Positions 9,208 to 19,302 of a stretch of DNA of 64,000 nt are shown piece after piece. Origin of the DNA: Gammaproteobacteria bacterium (GTDB taxonomy: Bacteria > Pseudomonadota > Gammaproteobacteria > SZUA-229); the NCBI GenBank assembly GCA_026195255.1, contig JAPHSS010000022.1, positions 16,599 through 80,598 on the forward strand, given 5' to 3'. The translations under genes were made by a program, and so were the position numbers. Within the stretch, counting starts at the first letter, position 1; every line of letters begins with the position of its first letter. The notes under the pieces are model-generated. The model saw nothing but the letters and a program-made list of their open reading frames with translations, was not told where the DNA came from and did not search any database.

Positions 9208-10455
9208 TTATTGTTTATGTAATTTTATTGCGGGTGCCATAACAAAGTTAAGTTTTTCATATGCGGTTTTTAGTGCGGTGACCACCTCTTCTGAAGTTTT
9301 TGCCTGTGCAAATATATAGCCTGGGTACTGGTTGCCCTCAGGTAAGGGAATTAATTCATTGCCTTCTCGAATGATAATATCAACTTTATCTACATGAGGT
9401 GTTTTTCTTGCTGCAGCCAGGCCTTCTACTCTGCGTAATATTCCCGCCTCTTTAATAGGTATCATCATAACTCCTCGGGCGTTTTCGGGAGACCGACTTG
9501 TTACTTTTTTAGCCACGGCTAATGAAACAACTAACTCTTCTAAATTAAAATCATTGCCCGAATCAAGGCTTCTCGCACAGTCACCGCCGATTGTACGGCT
9601 GGCAACTTCAAGAATATAAGCATCACTTTCATTGACTCTTAATTCTGCATGTATGGGGCCACTGGTTAAACCATATGACTGGCAGGCCTGCTCAACTCGT
9701 TGTTTTATTTTCATCTGAGTCGACTGGTCCAATGACGACGGGGTTACATAAATGGTTTCTTCAAAAAATGGCCCGGTGAGTGGGTCAGGTTTATCGAAAA
9801 TAACCAGAGTATGCAATTTTCCATTTTCTAAATATCCTTCAAATGCGACTTCCCTGCCATCTATATATTCTTCTATTAATATGTGTGAGCACTCAAAGTC
9901 ATCACCTGATTTATTAATAATGTCCTTCACGCGATAACAGGCATCAAAAAACTCTTCTTTATTATTAACCCGTATAACACCTCTGCTTGCAGATAAATGT
10001 AAGGGTTTAATAACACGGGGCCAGGTTAAGCCAGCTATTTGAGATTCAAGTGAGTCATTAAGGTTTATAAGACAGTGATCAGGTACCGCATTTTTGTCTA
10101 ATGAGAGGTGCGCCCTTGCGAGATCTTTTCTCATTGATAATCGAGCAGCGTTTGGTGGGTTATGAGGTAATTTTAATTCTCTGGCAACTTTAGCTGCTAA
10201 CTCTACTGTACTGTCATCTGAGCCTAATACGCCTACCAGCTTTTTTAGCTTTGATTCTTTGATAATGATATTTAGCGCAGCTGAATGATCGTCAAGATCA
10301 ATATGAAGGCCGTCATACACTTCGGATATGAGTGAATACTTGCCTTCAGAGGCTATAAGAACGTTAAGCCCTAATCGTTTAGCGGCATTTATATAAGGAG
10401 CAATGCGATAGCTATCTGGTTGGGAGATTAATAGTAAGAAAGGTTTGATGGTAAT
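9208..10455 (-). CDS. ATP-grasp domain protein
   Basis: VIKPLHLSASRGVIRV, LIEEYIDG.E, GPIHAELR, ILEVASR; frame stays open 45+ codons upstream of the tracked GTG (10320) through a protein-like segment LLISQPDSYRIAPYINAAKRLG; start tentatively ATT 10455. Confidence 0.85.
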   Translation of the reverse strand: MTIKPFLLLISQPDSYRIAPYINAAKRLGLNVLIASEGKYSLISEVYDGLHIDLDDHSAALNIIIKESKLKKLVGVLGSDDSTVELAAKVARELKLPHNPPNAARLSMRKDLARAHLSLDKNAVPDHCLINLNDSLESQIAGLTWPRVIKPLHLSASRGVIRVNNKEEFFDACYRVKDIINKSGDDFECSHILIEEYIDGREVAFEGYLENGKLHTLVIFDKPDPLTGPFFEETIYVTPSSLDQSTQMKIKQRVEQACQSYGLTSGPIHAELRVNESDAYILEVASRTIGGDCARSLDSGNDFNLEELVVSLAVAKKVTSRSPENARGVMMIPIKEAGILRRVEGLAAARKTPHVDKVDIIIREGNELIPLPEGNQYPGYIFAQAKTSEEVVTALKTAYEKLNFVMAPAIKLHKQ

Positions 10456-10491
10456 GCCAGTATATTAAGGCTGTTGTATTAGTGTGAGTTT

Positions 10492-10517
10492 TAAGGGAGC
10501 TTAAATTGGCTCCCTTA
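10492..10517 (-). terminator. Hairpin downstream of the IscA-family gene
   Basis: taagggagc-ttaaattg-gctccctta; no strong U tract. Confidence 0.45.
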
Positions 10518-10547
10518 GGTCTCTTTTATGGGGCTTTTATGTCGATA

Positions 10548-10913
10548 TTAAACGGCGCCACCACAGCCACCACAGGAGCCGGAGCCACCTGTTTGTGCAA
10601 ATACGTTTTTAAATACAAAGCTCTGATTCAGACCTTCAGTTTTATAGTCTACCTCTACACCGGTTAAATAACCTAGAGCAACACTATCAACATATAAATT
10701 CAGTTTTTCAGCTTCCAGAACGAAATCAAATTTAGAAGGTTGTTCTACAAGTGTCATGCCGTATGTCATGCCGCTACAACCACCACCTGAAACAAAGATA
10801 CGAATACCAGATGCATCAGGCTCCTGATCAATTATTGCCGAAAGCTGATTCATCGCTTCCGGGGATATTTTTACTTCGTCAGTGAGAGTATTGATAAATT
10901 CAACATCAGACAT
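10548..10913 (-). CDS. A-type Fe-S carrier (IscA/HesB/ErpA family)
   Basis: GIRIFVSGGGCSGMTYGM, LYVD, VDY, F.FKN, C-terminal CGGCGG; start ATG 10913 with AGGAG RBS. Confidence 0.9.
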   Translation of the reverse strand: MSDVEFINTLTDEVKISPEAMNQLSAIIDQEPDASGIRIFVSGGGCSGMTYGMTLVEQPSKFDFVLEAEKLNLYVDSVALGYLTGVEVDYKTEGLNQSFVFKNVFAQTGGSGSCGGCGGAV

Positions 10914-11173
10914 GTTTGTCTCCTGTATTAGATCTTCAATTTTTGTGAATTTTAGCATGCATTTGAGCAGTAGATTTAAAAATCATGTCTAAACGTGCCT
11001 GTTACGATATTTAAAATATTTAATATCAAAAAAAGTCATGTTTCCGCTTCCATTTATAAGAAACAGGTATATTAGCAACTTATTATTAAAATATACGCTT
11101 AGTATTGACAGGATAAATTGAAATTTCATGCATTATTTATAATTACGCGGCAATATTCCATACTACCGTTTAT

Positions 11174-11187
11174 TTGATATATATCAA
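11174..11187. promoter_or_regulatory. FNR/ANR box (perfect consensus)
   Basis: TTGAT-ATAT-ATCAA in the divergent IscA-family/coxB intergenic region. Confidence 0.75.
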
Positions 11188-11257
11188 ATACTTTAAGCTG
11201 TTATTGTGGGTATTAGCTTATGTTATGCATAAATAATAATAAAAACATAAGCTTTCC

Positions 11258-11271
11258 TTGATTTTTATCAT
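11258..11271. promoter_or_regulatory. FNR/ANR-like box
   Basis: TTGAT-TTTT-ATCAT (1 mismatch) upstream of coxB. Confidence 0.55.
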
Positions 11272-11505
11272 TGAGCTATTTATATTCTCTTCAATTATAA
11301 AAAAATGAACTTAAATATTACACTCCAGAAAACAACTGGCACACAACCGGGTTTACATTAAATAATAATAATACTCTGATATTCGAGTTTTTAGAAAATA
11401 GCATTATAAAATTCAAGTTATCGACGATTTTAAAAATAATATATCGGTAATTTTTTTGTTTTTTAAGTTAGATAATTATAAAAACCTTTACTCCAGGGGG
11501 TAAAA

Positions 11506-12618
11506 ATGAGAGCAGTAACCCGGCCATTAGGCCTAGTCTGTCTGTTGCTAGCAAGCAGCCCGACACTCGCTGAATATCAGTTGAATTTAGAGCCAGGTGT
11601 CACCATTACCAGCCAAAATGCATATGACATTCATCAGATAGTAATGTGGATATGCGTTGTAATTGGTATCGTTGTTTACGGTGTCATGACCTACTCAATT
11701 CTTACTCATACGAAAGCCAGGGGGCATAAACCTGCGACCTTCGACGATAACCTCACCGTAGAAATACTCTGGACAGTGATCCCTGTTCTTATTCTTATCG
11801 GTATGGCTATTCCTGCTACCTCTGCTTTACTGGCGATGGAAGATGTCTCTGATTCAGATATGTCTATCAAAGTCACCGGTTATCAGTGGAAATGGCATTA
11901 CGACTATGTAGGTGAAGATGTTAGTTTCTTCAGTAATATGAATACGCCGATGGAGCAGATTAAAAATCTTGAAGCTAAGGGTGAAAATTACCTGTTAGAA
12001 GTAGATAACAAAATCGTTGTTCCTGTTGATCAAAAGATTCGTTTCCTGTTTACATCTAATGATGTTATTCACGCCTGGTGGGTGCCGGCTTTTGGTGTTA
12101 AGAAAGACGCCATTCCCGGTTATATAAATGAAAGTTGGGCACGTATTGATGAGCCAGGTATTTACCGGGGTCAATGTGCTGAATTATGTGGTGCAAACCA
12201 CGGTTTTATGCCGATTGTTGTTGAAGCTAAGTCAGAAGAAGATTATCTGGCCTGGCTAGGCGAGAAGAAAACAGCTCAGGCCGCTGCAGCTGAAAGCGGT
12301 AATAAGGTCTGGACAATGGACGAATTAATGGCTCACGGCGAGACAGCATACAACACAAGTTGTGCGGCCTGCCACCAGGTTGGTGGTGAAGGTTTACCTA
12401 ATGTGTTCCCTGGTATTAAAGGAAGTGCTATTGCAACGGGTGATGTTGCTAAACATATTGACGTTGTTGTCAATGGTGTTGCTGGCACCGGTATGCAGGC
12501 GTTTGGCGCACAGTTAAATGATGCAGATTTAGCAGCAATTATTACTTATGAGCGTAATGCCTGGGGTAATAATGCTGGTGATATGGTTCAACCGTCCGAA
12601 ATAAAAGCGGCCCGTTAA
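11506..12618 (+). CDS. coxB: Cytochrome c oxidase subunit II with C-terminal cytochrome c domain
   Basis: GYQWKWHYDY, DVIHAWW, CuA motif CAELCGANHGFM, heme c motif CAACH. Confidence 0.97.
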   Translation: MRAVTRPLGLVCLLLASSPTLAEYQLNLEPGVTITSQNAYDIHQIVMWICVVIGIVVYGVMTYSILTHTKARGHKPATFDDNLTVEILWTVIPVLILIGMAIPATSALLAMEDVSDSDMSIKVTGYQWKWHYDYVGEDVSFFSNMNTPMEQIKNLEAKGENYLLEVDNKIVVPVDQKIRFLFTSNDVIHAWWVPAFGVKKDAIPGYINESWARIDEPGIYRGQCAELCGANHGFMPIVVEAKSEEDYLAWLGEKKTAQAAAAESGNKVWTMDELMAHGETAYNTSCAACHQVGGEGLPNVFPGIKGSAIATGDVAKHIDVVVNGVAGTGMQAFGAQLNDADLAAIITYERNAWGNNAGDMVQPSEIKAAR

Positions 12619-12642
12619 TTTAGACTTAAAAAAGAGGCAAAC

Positions 12643-14232
12643 ATGAACGCTGTAGTAGAAGAACATCATGATCACGATCATAAGCCTACTGGCATAGGTC
12701 GGTGGCTGTTTAGTACAAATCATAAAGACATTGGAAGCATGTATCTGTGGTTCGCTTTTACCATGTTTTTTATTGGTGGCGCCTTAGCGTTATTAATTCG
12801 TGCTGAATTATTTCAACCCGGTATGCAAATTGTAGAACCGGAATTTTTTAACCAGCTAACAACGCTGCACGGTTTAATCATGGTTTTTGGTGTGATTATG
12901 CCAGCTTTCGTTGGTTTAGCTAACTGGCAGTTACCAATGATGATTGGTGCTCCTGATATGGCATTACCACGCATGAATAACTGGAGTTTCTGGTTATTAC
13001 CGGCTGCCTTTGGTTTGCTGCTTGCCAGTTTGGTAATGAGTATTATGGGGCTTGGCTCTGCGCCAAACTTTGGCTGGACATTCTATGCGCCACTCTCCAC
13101 TACTTATGGGCCAGATAGTACTGATTACTTCATCTTCTCGGTTCACCTGATGGGGATATCATCTGTTATGGGCGCAATTAATGTAATAGCGACCATTATG
13201 AATCTACGTGCTCCTGGCATGACATATATGAAGATGCCTATTTTTGTATGGACATGGTTCATTACTGCATACTTACTGATTGCAGTTATGCCTGTATTGG
13301 CGGGCGTTGTCACAATGATGTTAACCGATAGAAACTTCGGCACCAGCTTCTTTGATGCGGCAGGTGGTGGTGATCCGGTCATGTTCCAGCATGTATTCTG
13401 GTTCTTTGGTCATCCTGAAGTGTATATTATGATTTTACCGGCTTTTGGTATTGTCTCTTCAATTGTGCCTACCTTCTCTCGTAAACCATTATTTGGTTAT
13501 AGCTCGATGGTATATGCAACGGCTTCGATTGCATTTCTTTCGTTCATTGTATGGGCTCACCACATGTTTACAGTGGGTATGCCAGTTGCGGGTGAACTCT
13601 TCTTTATGTATTCAACCATGTTAATCGCGATACCTACGGGTGTTAAAGTTTTTAACTGGATTTCTACAATGTGGAGAGGTGCATTAACATTTGAAACACC
13701 GATGTTATTCGCAATCGCCTTTATCTTCCTGTTCACCATGGGTGGGTTTACCGGTTTGATGTTATGTATTGCGCCTGCTGATTTTCAGTATCACGACACC
13801 TACTTTGTGGTAGCTCACTTCCACTACGTATTGGTAACGGGTGCGGCCTTCTCTATTATGGCTGCGGTATATTTCTGGTTACCAAAATGGACCGGTAATA
13901 TGTATGACGAGAAACTGGGTAAACTGCATTTCTGGTTAACCTGTATCTCTGCGAACGTTTTATTCTTCCCAATGCATTTCGTCGGTCTGGCAGGTATGCC
14001 TCGTCGTATTCCAGATTATGCACTGCAATTTGCAGAGTTTAATCAGATTGCGTCTGTTGGTGCATTTGTATTTGGTTTCTCACAGTTAATCTTCTTATAC
14101 GTTGTTATTAAATGCGTTAGGGGTGGTGAGAAAGCAACAGATAAAGTTTGGGAAGGCGCGCACGGTCTGGAATTTGATCTTCCATCACCTGCTCCATTCC
14201 ACAGCTACACAACTCCACCTGTAGTTAAATAG
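12643..14232 (+). CDS. coxA: Cytochrome c oxidase subunit I (aa3, A1 type)
   Basis: STNHKDIG, WFFGHPEVYI, WAHHMF, VVAHFHYV, GMPRR. Confidence 0.99.
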   Translation: MNAVVEEHHDHDHKPTGIGRWLFSTNHKDIGSMYLWFAFTMFFIGGALALLIRAELFQPGMQIVEPEFFNQLTTLHGLIMVFGVIMPAFVGLANWQLPMMIGAPDMALPRMNNWSFWLLPAAFGLLLASLVMSIMGLGSAPNFGWTFYAPLSTTYGPDSTDYFIFSVHLMGISSVMGAINVIATIMNLRAPGMTYMKMPIFVWTWFITAYLLIAVMPVLAGVVTMMLTDRNFGTSFFDAAGGGDPVMFQHVFWFFGHPEVYIMILPAFGIVSSIVPTFSRKPLFGYSSMVYATASIAFLSFIVWAHHMFTVGMPVAGELFFMYSTMLIAIPTGVKVFNWISTMWRGALTFETPMLFAIAFIFLFTMGGFTGLMLCIAPADFQYHDTYFVVAHFHYVLVTGAAFSIMAAVYFWLPKWTGNMYDEKLGKLHFWLTCISANVLFFPMHFVGLAGMPRRIPDYALQFAEFNQIASVGAFVFGFSQLIFLYVVIKCVRGGEKATDKVWEGAHGLEFDLPSPAPFHSYTTPPVVK

Positions 14233-14247
14233 GCAGAGGCGCGGAAA

Positions 14248-14844
14248 ATGTCAGTGCAAACAGAAAAGCAGACAACAGATAATCCAAAAATTATCGGTAA
14301 GTTACTGCTGGTTGTAGTAGCGATGTTTGGTTTTGGTTTTGCACTGGTTCCGTTATATGACGTGTTTTGCGATATAACCGGTTTGAATGGAAAGACAGGT
14401 GACAAAGTTCATTTTGAAACTGCTCCGATTGTAGACGAAAGTCGTTTGGTTAAAATTACTTTTCTGGCCAGCCTGAATGAATCTATGCCGTGGGAATTTA
14501 AACCTCAGCAAAATTTTATTGAGGTTCATCCAGGAAAACCAACTACGATTAATTATATTGCTAGAAACATGTCCAGTAAGAGTATCGTAGGTAATGCTGT
14601 ACCTAGCGTTTCACCAGGTTTAGCTGCTGCCTACTTTCAAAAAACTGAATGCTTTTGCTTTACCCGGCAAGAGCTAAAAGCAGGAGAAGAAAAAATCATG
14701 CCGGTTACGTTTATTGTTGATAGTGAATTATCAGATGATATAAATGAAATCGCATTGTCCTATACTTTCTTTATCAGTAAACAAAATAACGAAGATTTGG
14801 CAGATAATACTTTAACCGCTAAGTCTATTAATACTTTCAAGTAA
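14248..14844 (+). CDS. ctaG: Cytochrome c oxidase assembly protein CtaG/Cox11
   Basis: LVPLYDVFCDITGLNGKT, KTECFCF, LSYTFF. Confidence 0.96.
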   Translation: MSVQTEKQTTDNPKIIGKLLLVVVAMFGFGFALVPLYDVFCDITGLNGKTGDKVHFETAPIVDESRLVKITFLASLNESMPWEFKPQQNFIEVHPGKPTTINYIARNMSSKSIVGNAVPSVSPGLAAAYFQKTECFCFTRQELKAGEEKIMPVTFIVDSELSDDINEIALSYTFFISKQNNEDLADNTLTAKSINTFK

Positions 14845-14859
14845 TCAGGATTAACTATT

Positions 14860-15735
14860 ATGAGTACTGCAAGTCACGGTGAATATTATATTCCAGAGCC
14901 AAGTAAATGGCCCATAGTTGGTACAGTTGCATTAACTACTTCAGTTATTGGTGCAGTAAATACAATACATGCAGGTGAAATGAGTCTACTGCTTCCAGTT
15001 GGTTTATTAATGATAGCCTATTTGTTCTTTGGCTGGTTCGGTTCGGTTATAGATGAATCTATGGCAGGTAAATATAGTGCGCAGGTAGATAAGTCATTCC
15101 GTCTTGGTATGATGTGGTTTATTTTTTCTGAAGTCATGTTCTTTGCGGCATTCTTTGGCGCATTATTCTATGCAAGAGTATTGTCTGTGCCCTGGTTAGG
15201 CGGCGCTGGAAATAACGCGGCTACCCACGAGTTTTTGTGGCCGGCTTTCGAAGCAGTCTGGCCATTATTAAGCAACCCTGATAATACAAAAATTGTTGCC
15301 CCGGCAGAAGCCATGGGTGCAATGGGTTTGCCTGCAATAAATACAGCTATATTATTAACATCTAGTGTGACTTTAACCTGGGCGCATCATGCATTGCGTG
15401 CGGGAAATCGTTTACATCTTAATTTGGGCTTAGGGATTACAGTATTACTGGGTTGTATATTTCTTGTGTTACAGGTTGAAGAATATATACACGCCTATAA
15501 TGAATTAGGTCTTACTATGTCGTCAGGCATTTATGGTAGCACCTTCTTTCTGTTAACAGGTTTCCATGGTTTCCATGTAACAATGGGTACAACTATGTTA
15601 CTGGTGATTTTAATTCGTTGCTTGAAAGGTCATTTTACGGCTGACAATCATTTTGGTTTTGAAGCGGTTGCCTGGTACTGGCATTTTGTTGATGTGGTCT
15701 GGTTAGGTCTTTATATATTTGTGTATTGGTTATAA
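14860..15735 (+). CDS. coxC: Cytochrome c oxidase subunit III
   Basis: FIFSEVMFF, TGFHGFHV, AWYWHFVDVVW. Confidence 0.97.
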   Translation: MSTASHGEYYIPEPSKWPIVGTVALTTSVIGAVNTIHAGEMSLLLPVGLLMIAYLFFGWFGSVIDESMAGKYSAQVDKSFRLGMMWFIFSEVMFFAAFFGALFYARVLSVPWLGGAGNNAATHEFLWPAFEAVWPLLSNPDNTKIVAPAEAMGAMGLPAINTAILLTSSVTLTWAHHALRAGNRLHLNLGLGITVLLGCIFLVLQVEEYIHAYNELGLTMSSGIYGSTFFLLTGFHGFHVTMGTTMLLVILIRCLKGHFTADNHFGFEAVAWYWHFVDVVWLGLYIFVYWL

Positions 15736-15739
15736 CTAT

Positions 15740-15789
15740 AAACAAGTCGTAAGTCATCAGGCTTTTAAAATTTGACTTACGACTTGTTT
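15740..15789. terminator. Inverted repeat between convergent genes (likely bidirectional terminator) built from AGTCGTA-type heptamers
   Basis: aaacaagtcgtaagtca / tgacttacgacttgttt, 17-bp perfect arms. Confidence 0.65.
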
Positions 15790-15993
15790 TTATAATCCGT
15801 GTGGCTGTATTAATCCTAACGCCTGTCCAATTAAAAGCAGAATAAAAATTCCAGCAGAGAGCCCTATTCTCCAGCTTAGAGATTTAATTAATTTATCAGA
15901 ATTCCCTTTGTTGTTCACAAGATGATATAGTGCTGTACCTAAACTAATGAAAACAAAAATTAGTAATACAATAAGAACAATTTTAAAAATCAC
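15790..15993 (-). CDS. Twin transmembrane helix small protein (DUF2909 family)
   Basis: SLG.ALY.L ... SLSWRIGLS ... G.IQPHGL; canonical antisense position in cox clusters; GAGG RBS. Confidence 0.88.
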   Translation of the reverse strand: MIFKIVLIVLLIFVFISLGTALYHLVNNKGNSDKLIKSLSWRIGLSAGIFILLLIGQALGLIQPHGL

Positions 15994-16056
15994 TTTATTA
16001 ACCTCTTATTCAAAGTATAAATTTGTAACAAAGCCAAACCAGGTGTCAACTCAGGT

Positions 16057-16779
16057 ATGCAGTTTAAACAGTATCAATTTAAAGCTACACTTATACCTAG
16101 TCTAATAACAGTTGCCCTACTTTATGTAATGATATCACTTGGTTTATGGCAACTCGACAGAGCAGAGTATAAAGCCAATATACAATCATTAATAGAGAGT
16201 AAACAGGGTACGGCCACTATTTCTTTAGATTCAATTGAGGAAGAAGAAAACTGGTTATATCAGCCGGTGTTTGTTTCAGGGAAATATGATTTACAGCATC
16301 ATATTTATCTGGATAATCAGGTTAATAATATGCTTGCAGGATATAGTGTTTTTACTCCGCTAAAAATTACTGATGATCTTGCAATTTTAGTTAATCGAGG
16401 CTGGCTACCGGTTGGTAATAGTCGTGCAAGTTTGCCTGATATTAGTGTGACTTCAGAAGCGCTGCGTATAGATGGCCTGCTCTCCCACGCGCCATCAAAA
16501 ATATTGGTCCTATCAGACAATGCAAATAGCTATTTGCAATGGCCAGCTGTATTGCAGTATGTAGATATTAACGAAATTGAAAAACACTTAGATTATAAAT
16601 TATTGCCAATGATTATTATTATGGATCAGCCTACACAAACAAAATTACAGTCTTTACCCATAAAAATTAATATGCGAAGTGAAAAACATACAGCATATGC
16701 ATTTCAATGGTTCGGGCTTTCATTAACGTTATTAATCATATACATTGTGGTTAATACAAAAAACACAAAGAAAATTTAA
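16057..16779 (+). CDS. SURF1/Shy1-family cytochrome oxidase biogenesis protein
   Basis: LGLWQLDRA, ILVNRGW, H.AYAFQWF. Confidence 0.95.
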   Translation: MQFKQYQFKATLIPSLITVALLYVMISLGLWQLDRAEYKANIQSLIESKQGTATISLDSIEEEENWLYQPVFVSGKYDLQHHIYLDNQVNNMLAGYSVFTPLKITDDLAILVNRGWLPVGNSRASLPDISVTSEALRIDGLLSHAPSKILVLSDNANSYLQWPAVLQYVDINEIEKHLDYKLLPMIIIMDQPTQTKLQSLPIKINMRSEKHTAYAFQWFGLSLTLLIIYIVVNTKNTKKI

Positions 16780-16787
16780 GGTTATAT

Positions 16788-17393
16788 ATGACTAACGAAG
16801 TTGCAGATCAGGCACACGAAAAACGCAGTAATTTAGCTTTATGGGTGCTAACAGCCTCATTTTTTATTCCAGCATTTTTAGCTTATATTTATTTTTATTA
16901 TGGCGATAGACCTGCTATTAAAAGCAATGGTGAGTTAATTATACCTGTTGTGGATATACACACTTTGGGAATGACTGGAACCGCTGGTGCTGAGTTATCT
17001 GAAGAAGAATTAACACCCCACTGGCGGATGCTTTACTTTGTGGGTTCTAGTTGCGATTCAAGCTGTCAAACCAGCTTATATAATATGCGACAGATTAACA
17101 TTGGAATTGGCAAATACCAGGACCGTGTAAATCACGGTATCGTGCATTTAGCGGAGCCTGATGAAGCGTTCGTTGAATTAATAGAAAAAGAACATAAAGC
17201 GGCTGGGCGTATTTATACAACTATAGATAAAATATCATCTATTACAGAACTGGAAGCGAATCCATCACAATTGCAATCTATATACCTGGTAGATCCTCTA
17301 GGTAATATCATGATGCATTTTCCGAAAGATCTTGAGCCAAAGCTGATAAATAAGGATATGAATAAATTATTAAAAGTTTCTCGTTTGCGTTAA
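16788..17393 (+). CDS. Cox-cluster membrane-anchored protein (SCO-like fold)
   Basis: N-terminal TM, NGELI.P, CDSSC, YLVDPLGNIMM, D..KLLK.SR; conserved position after SURF1. Confidence 0.75.
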   Translation: MTNEVADQAHEKRSNLALWVLTASFFIPAFLAYIYFYYGDRPAIKSNGELIIPVVDIHTLGMTGTAGAELSEEELTPHWRMLYFVGSSCDSSCQTSLYNMRQINIGIGKYQDRVNHGIVHLAEPDEAFVELIEKEHKAAGRIYTTIDKISSITELEANPSQLQSIYLVDPLGNIMMHFPKDLEPKLINKDMNKLLKVSRLR

Positions 17394-17431
17394 ATAATAA
17401 CTCCAGGCGTCTAGTGCAGCTTTAGATGTAA

Positions 17432-17677
17432 TTATGGTGCTGCATAATGCATAACTAGCTGTACAACGCCAACAACACTCAAAATAAATACAATAACAAA
17501 TATTATGCCGGCAGCTATAAATGTGGATGGCTTGCCATGCTCAAAATCTCTTTCTCTATTGCTTTTGGTTTGAATACCACTTGCTGCAAAAATCGTACTC
17601 TTTAATACATTTAGAAAACCTGTGCCTTTGCCTTTATCTTTGTTTATTTCGTCCACAACTGCCTCACTATTAATCAT
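17432..17677 (-). CDS. DUF2970-family small membrane protein
   Basis: AASGIQTKSNRERDF..GKP..FI..GIIF; start uncertain. Confidence 0.8.
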   Translation of the reverse strand: MINSEAVVDEINKDKGKGTGFLNVLKSTIFAASGIQTKSNRERDFEHGKPSTFIAAGIIFVIVFILSVVGVVQLVMHYAAP

Positions 17678-17976
17678 TATTTTTTAATTAATATCAATCA
17701 ACTTATCATACACTGAGGACATGTGATTTGTATATTTATTAGGGAATTTTTCGCTTATTTATTAATAATTTAAATATTTATAATATATTACTTCACTTAA
17801 CGTAAATACCTATGTTATATAAGTAGTTAAGTTTATTTAATCAGTCTTAATTAGTAATATTTTTATCTCAAATGTTAAAAAATATGGCGATAATTTACAG
17901 AATAAGTTCTATACTTATATTCATGTAGCTTATTGGTCAAATAAGTAATATTTCAAATAATACGGAGTATCAATAA

Positions 17977-18558
17977 ATGCTGTTCAAACACTTTTGTCAT
18001 GTATATAAACCTAAAGAATGTTTACGTGATGCGGATCGCGAACCTGCCCAGATTACGGACATTTTACTCCACGTTGCAGTACTATCATTAATACCAACGA
18101 TTTGTGTCTATATAGCGACAGTTCATATCGGCTGGGATCTCGGTATAGGTACTCTGTTCTTTATGACAGCCGATAAAGCGATAATCGCTGCCCTGGCTGC
18201 ATTTTTGTGTCTTAATATCGGTGTATATGGTCTGGGTTATGCTATCTGCTGGTTTGGGAAAACATTTGATTTAAACCCTAAACCCTTACACTGTACTGAA
18301 TTAGCGGTATTCTCTTCATTACCATTGTTTCTGCTTGGTTTTGTTGCTTTATACCCTGTCTTGTATATCAACGTACTAGCGGGTCTGATTGCAATAGCAG
18401 CAGCTGTTTATCTGTTGTACACAGGCATGCCTATCTTTATGCATATACCTATAGAAAAAGGTTTTGTTTACTCAACATGGGTGGTTACAATCGGTCTGGT
18501 TATGCTTGTTGTTTTTCTTGGTGCTGCAATCTTCTTTATTTCAGCAACCTCGACTTAA
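17977..18558 (+). CDS. Yip1-family (YohC-like) membrane protein
   Basis: Five hydrophobic segments, GW.LG, YLLYTGMPIFMHIP.EKG; GGAG RBS. Confidence 0.85.
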   Translation: MLFKHFCHVYKPKECLRDADREPAQITDILLHVAVLSLIPTICVYIATVHIGWDLGIGTLFFMTADKAIIAALAAFLCLNIGVYGLGYAICWFGKTFDLNPKPLHCTELAVFSSLPLFLLGFVALYPVLYINVLAGLIAIAAAVYLLYTGMPIFMHIPIEKGFVYSTWVVTIGLVMLVVFLGAAIFFISATST

Positions 18559-18584
18559 AAGCTTAAAAGTATTTTCGTTTATTT

Positions 18585-18616
18585 ACTAAAAAACCCGCAT
18601 ATGCGGGTTTTTTAGT
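18585..18616. terminator. Rho-independent terminator (bidirectional type)
   Basis: actaaaaaacccgc-atat-gcgggttttttagt perfect palindrome. Confidence 0.88.
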
Positions 18617-18731
18617 TTCTAACTAAATATACCGTTTATCCAATATATAAATTCAAAGGTGCTGTCTGTCTATACTTGTAAATGAACACGGTTTTCTAGG
18701 CTACACACTCACTACAAACAGGAGAGCCCAA

Positions 18732-19238
18732 ATGAGAAAACGACTCTATTTTTTACTCCCTGATCTGGGAGAAGCGTCTAAAACAGTTGATGAACTTTTA
18801 CTCGCAAGAATTGATGAGAAACATATTCATGTTATGGCTAAACAGGGTGTAGATTTAGGTGATCTACCTGAAGCCAGTATTTTTCAGACAAGTGATATCG
18901 TACACGGGGTTGAGACAGGTATAGTTATAGGCGGTATCACTGGTCTCGTGGCTAGCATTATAGCGATTACAGCATTACAGGTTGGTTCTGTGATGGGTCT
19001 AATTGTACTAGGCTGCACACTATTTGGCGCGGGCTTTGGTGTCTGGACGTCGGCAATGATTGGTTCAAGTACGAAAAATTCGAGGTTAAAAGAATTTGAG
19101 CTATCTATGGAAGAAGGTAAAATACTTCTAATAGCTGATGTGCCAATAGATAAAGTAGATGATATTAATCATAAAATGCAGGCACATAAAGAAACTATTA
19201 TGGGTGGCTCTGACCCCAGTATACCGGTATTTCCATAA
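18732..19238 (+). CDS. DUF1269-like membrane protein
   Basis: MRKRLYFLLPD...LLLARI..HIHV.A...LPEA; glycine-zipper TM; GKILL..DVP; AGGAG RBS. Confidence 0.75.
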   Translation: MRKRLYFLLPDLGEASKTVDELLLARIDEKHIHVMAKQGVDLGDLPEASIFQTSDIVHGVETGIVIGGITGLVASIIAITALQVGSVMGLIVLGCTLFGAGFGVWTSAMIGSSTKNSRLKEFELSMEEGKILLIADVPIDKVDDINHKMQAHKETIMGGSDPSIPVFP

Positions 19239-19250
19239 GTTCTAAATCTA

Positions 19251-19280
19251 GTAGGTTGATAATTATAATTACCAACCTAC
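19251..19280. terminator. Hairpin between convergent genes
   Basis: gtaggttgataatt ... aattaccaacctac. Confidence 0.55.
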
Positions 19281-19302
19281 TTTATATATAAATGAAATTA
19301 GT

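Noticed and set aside
8943-9242. 99-aa (+) and 62-aa (-) ORFs in the receptor upstream region
   Set aside because: They run across a GC-rich inverted repeat, have no RBS or recognisable motifs, and are best explained as by-products of the hairpin
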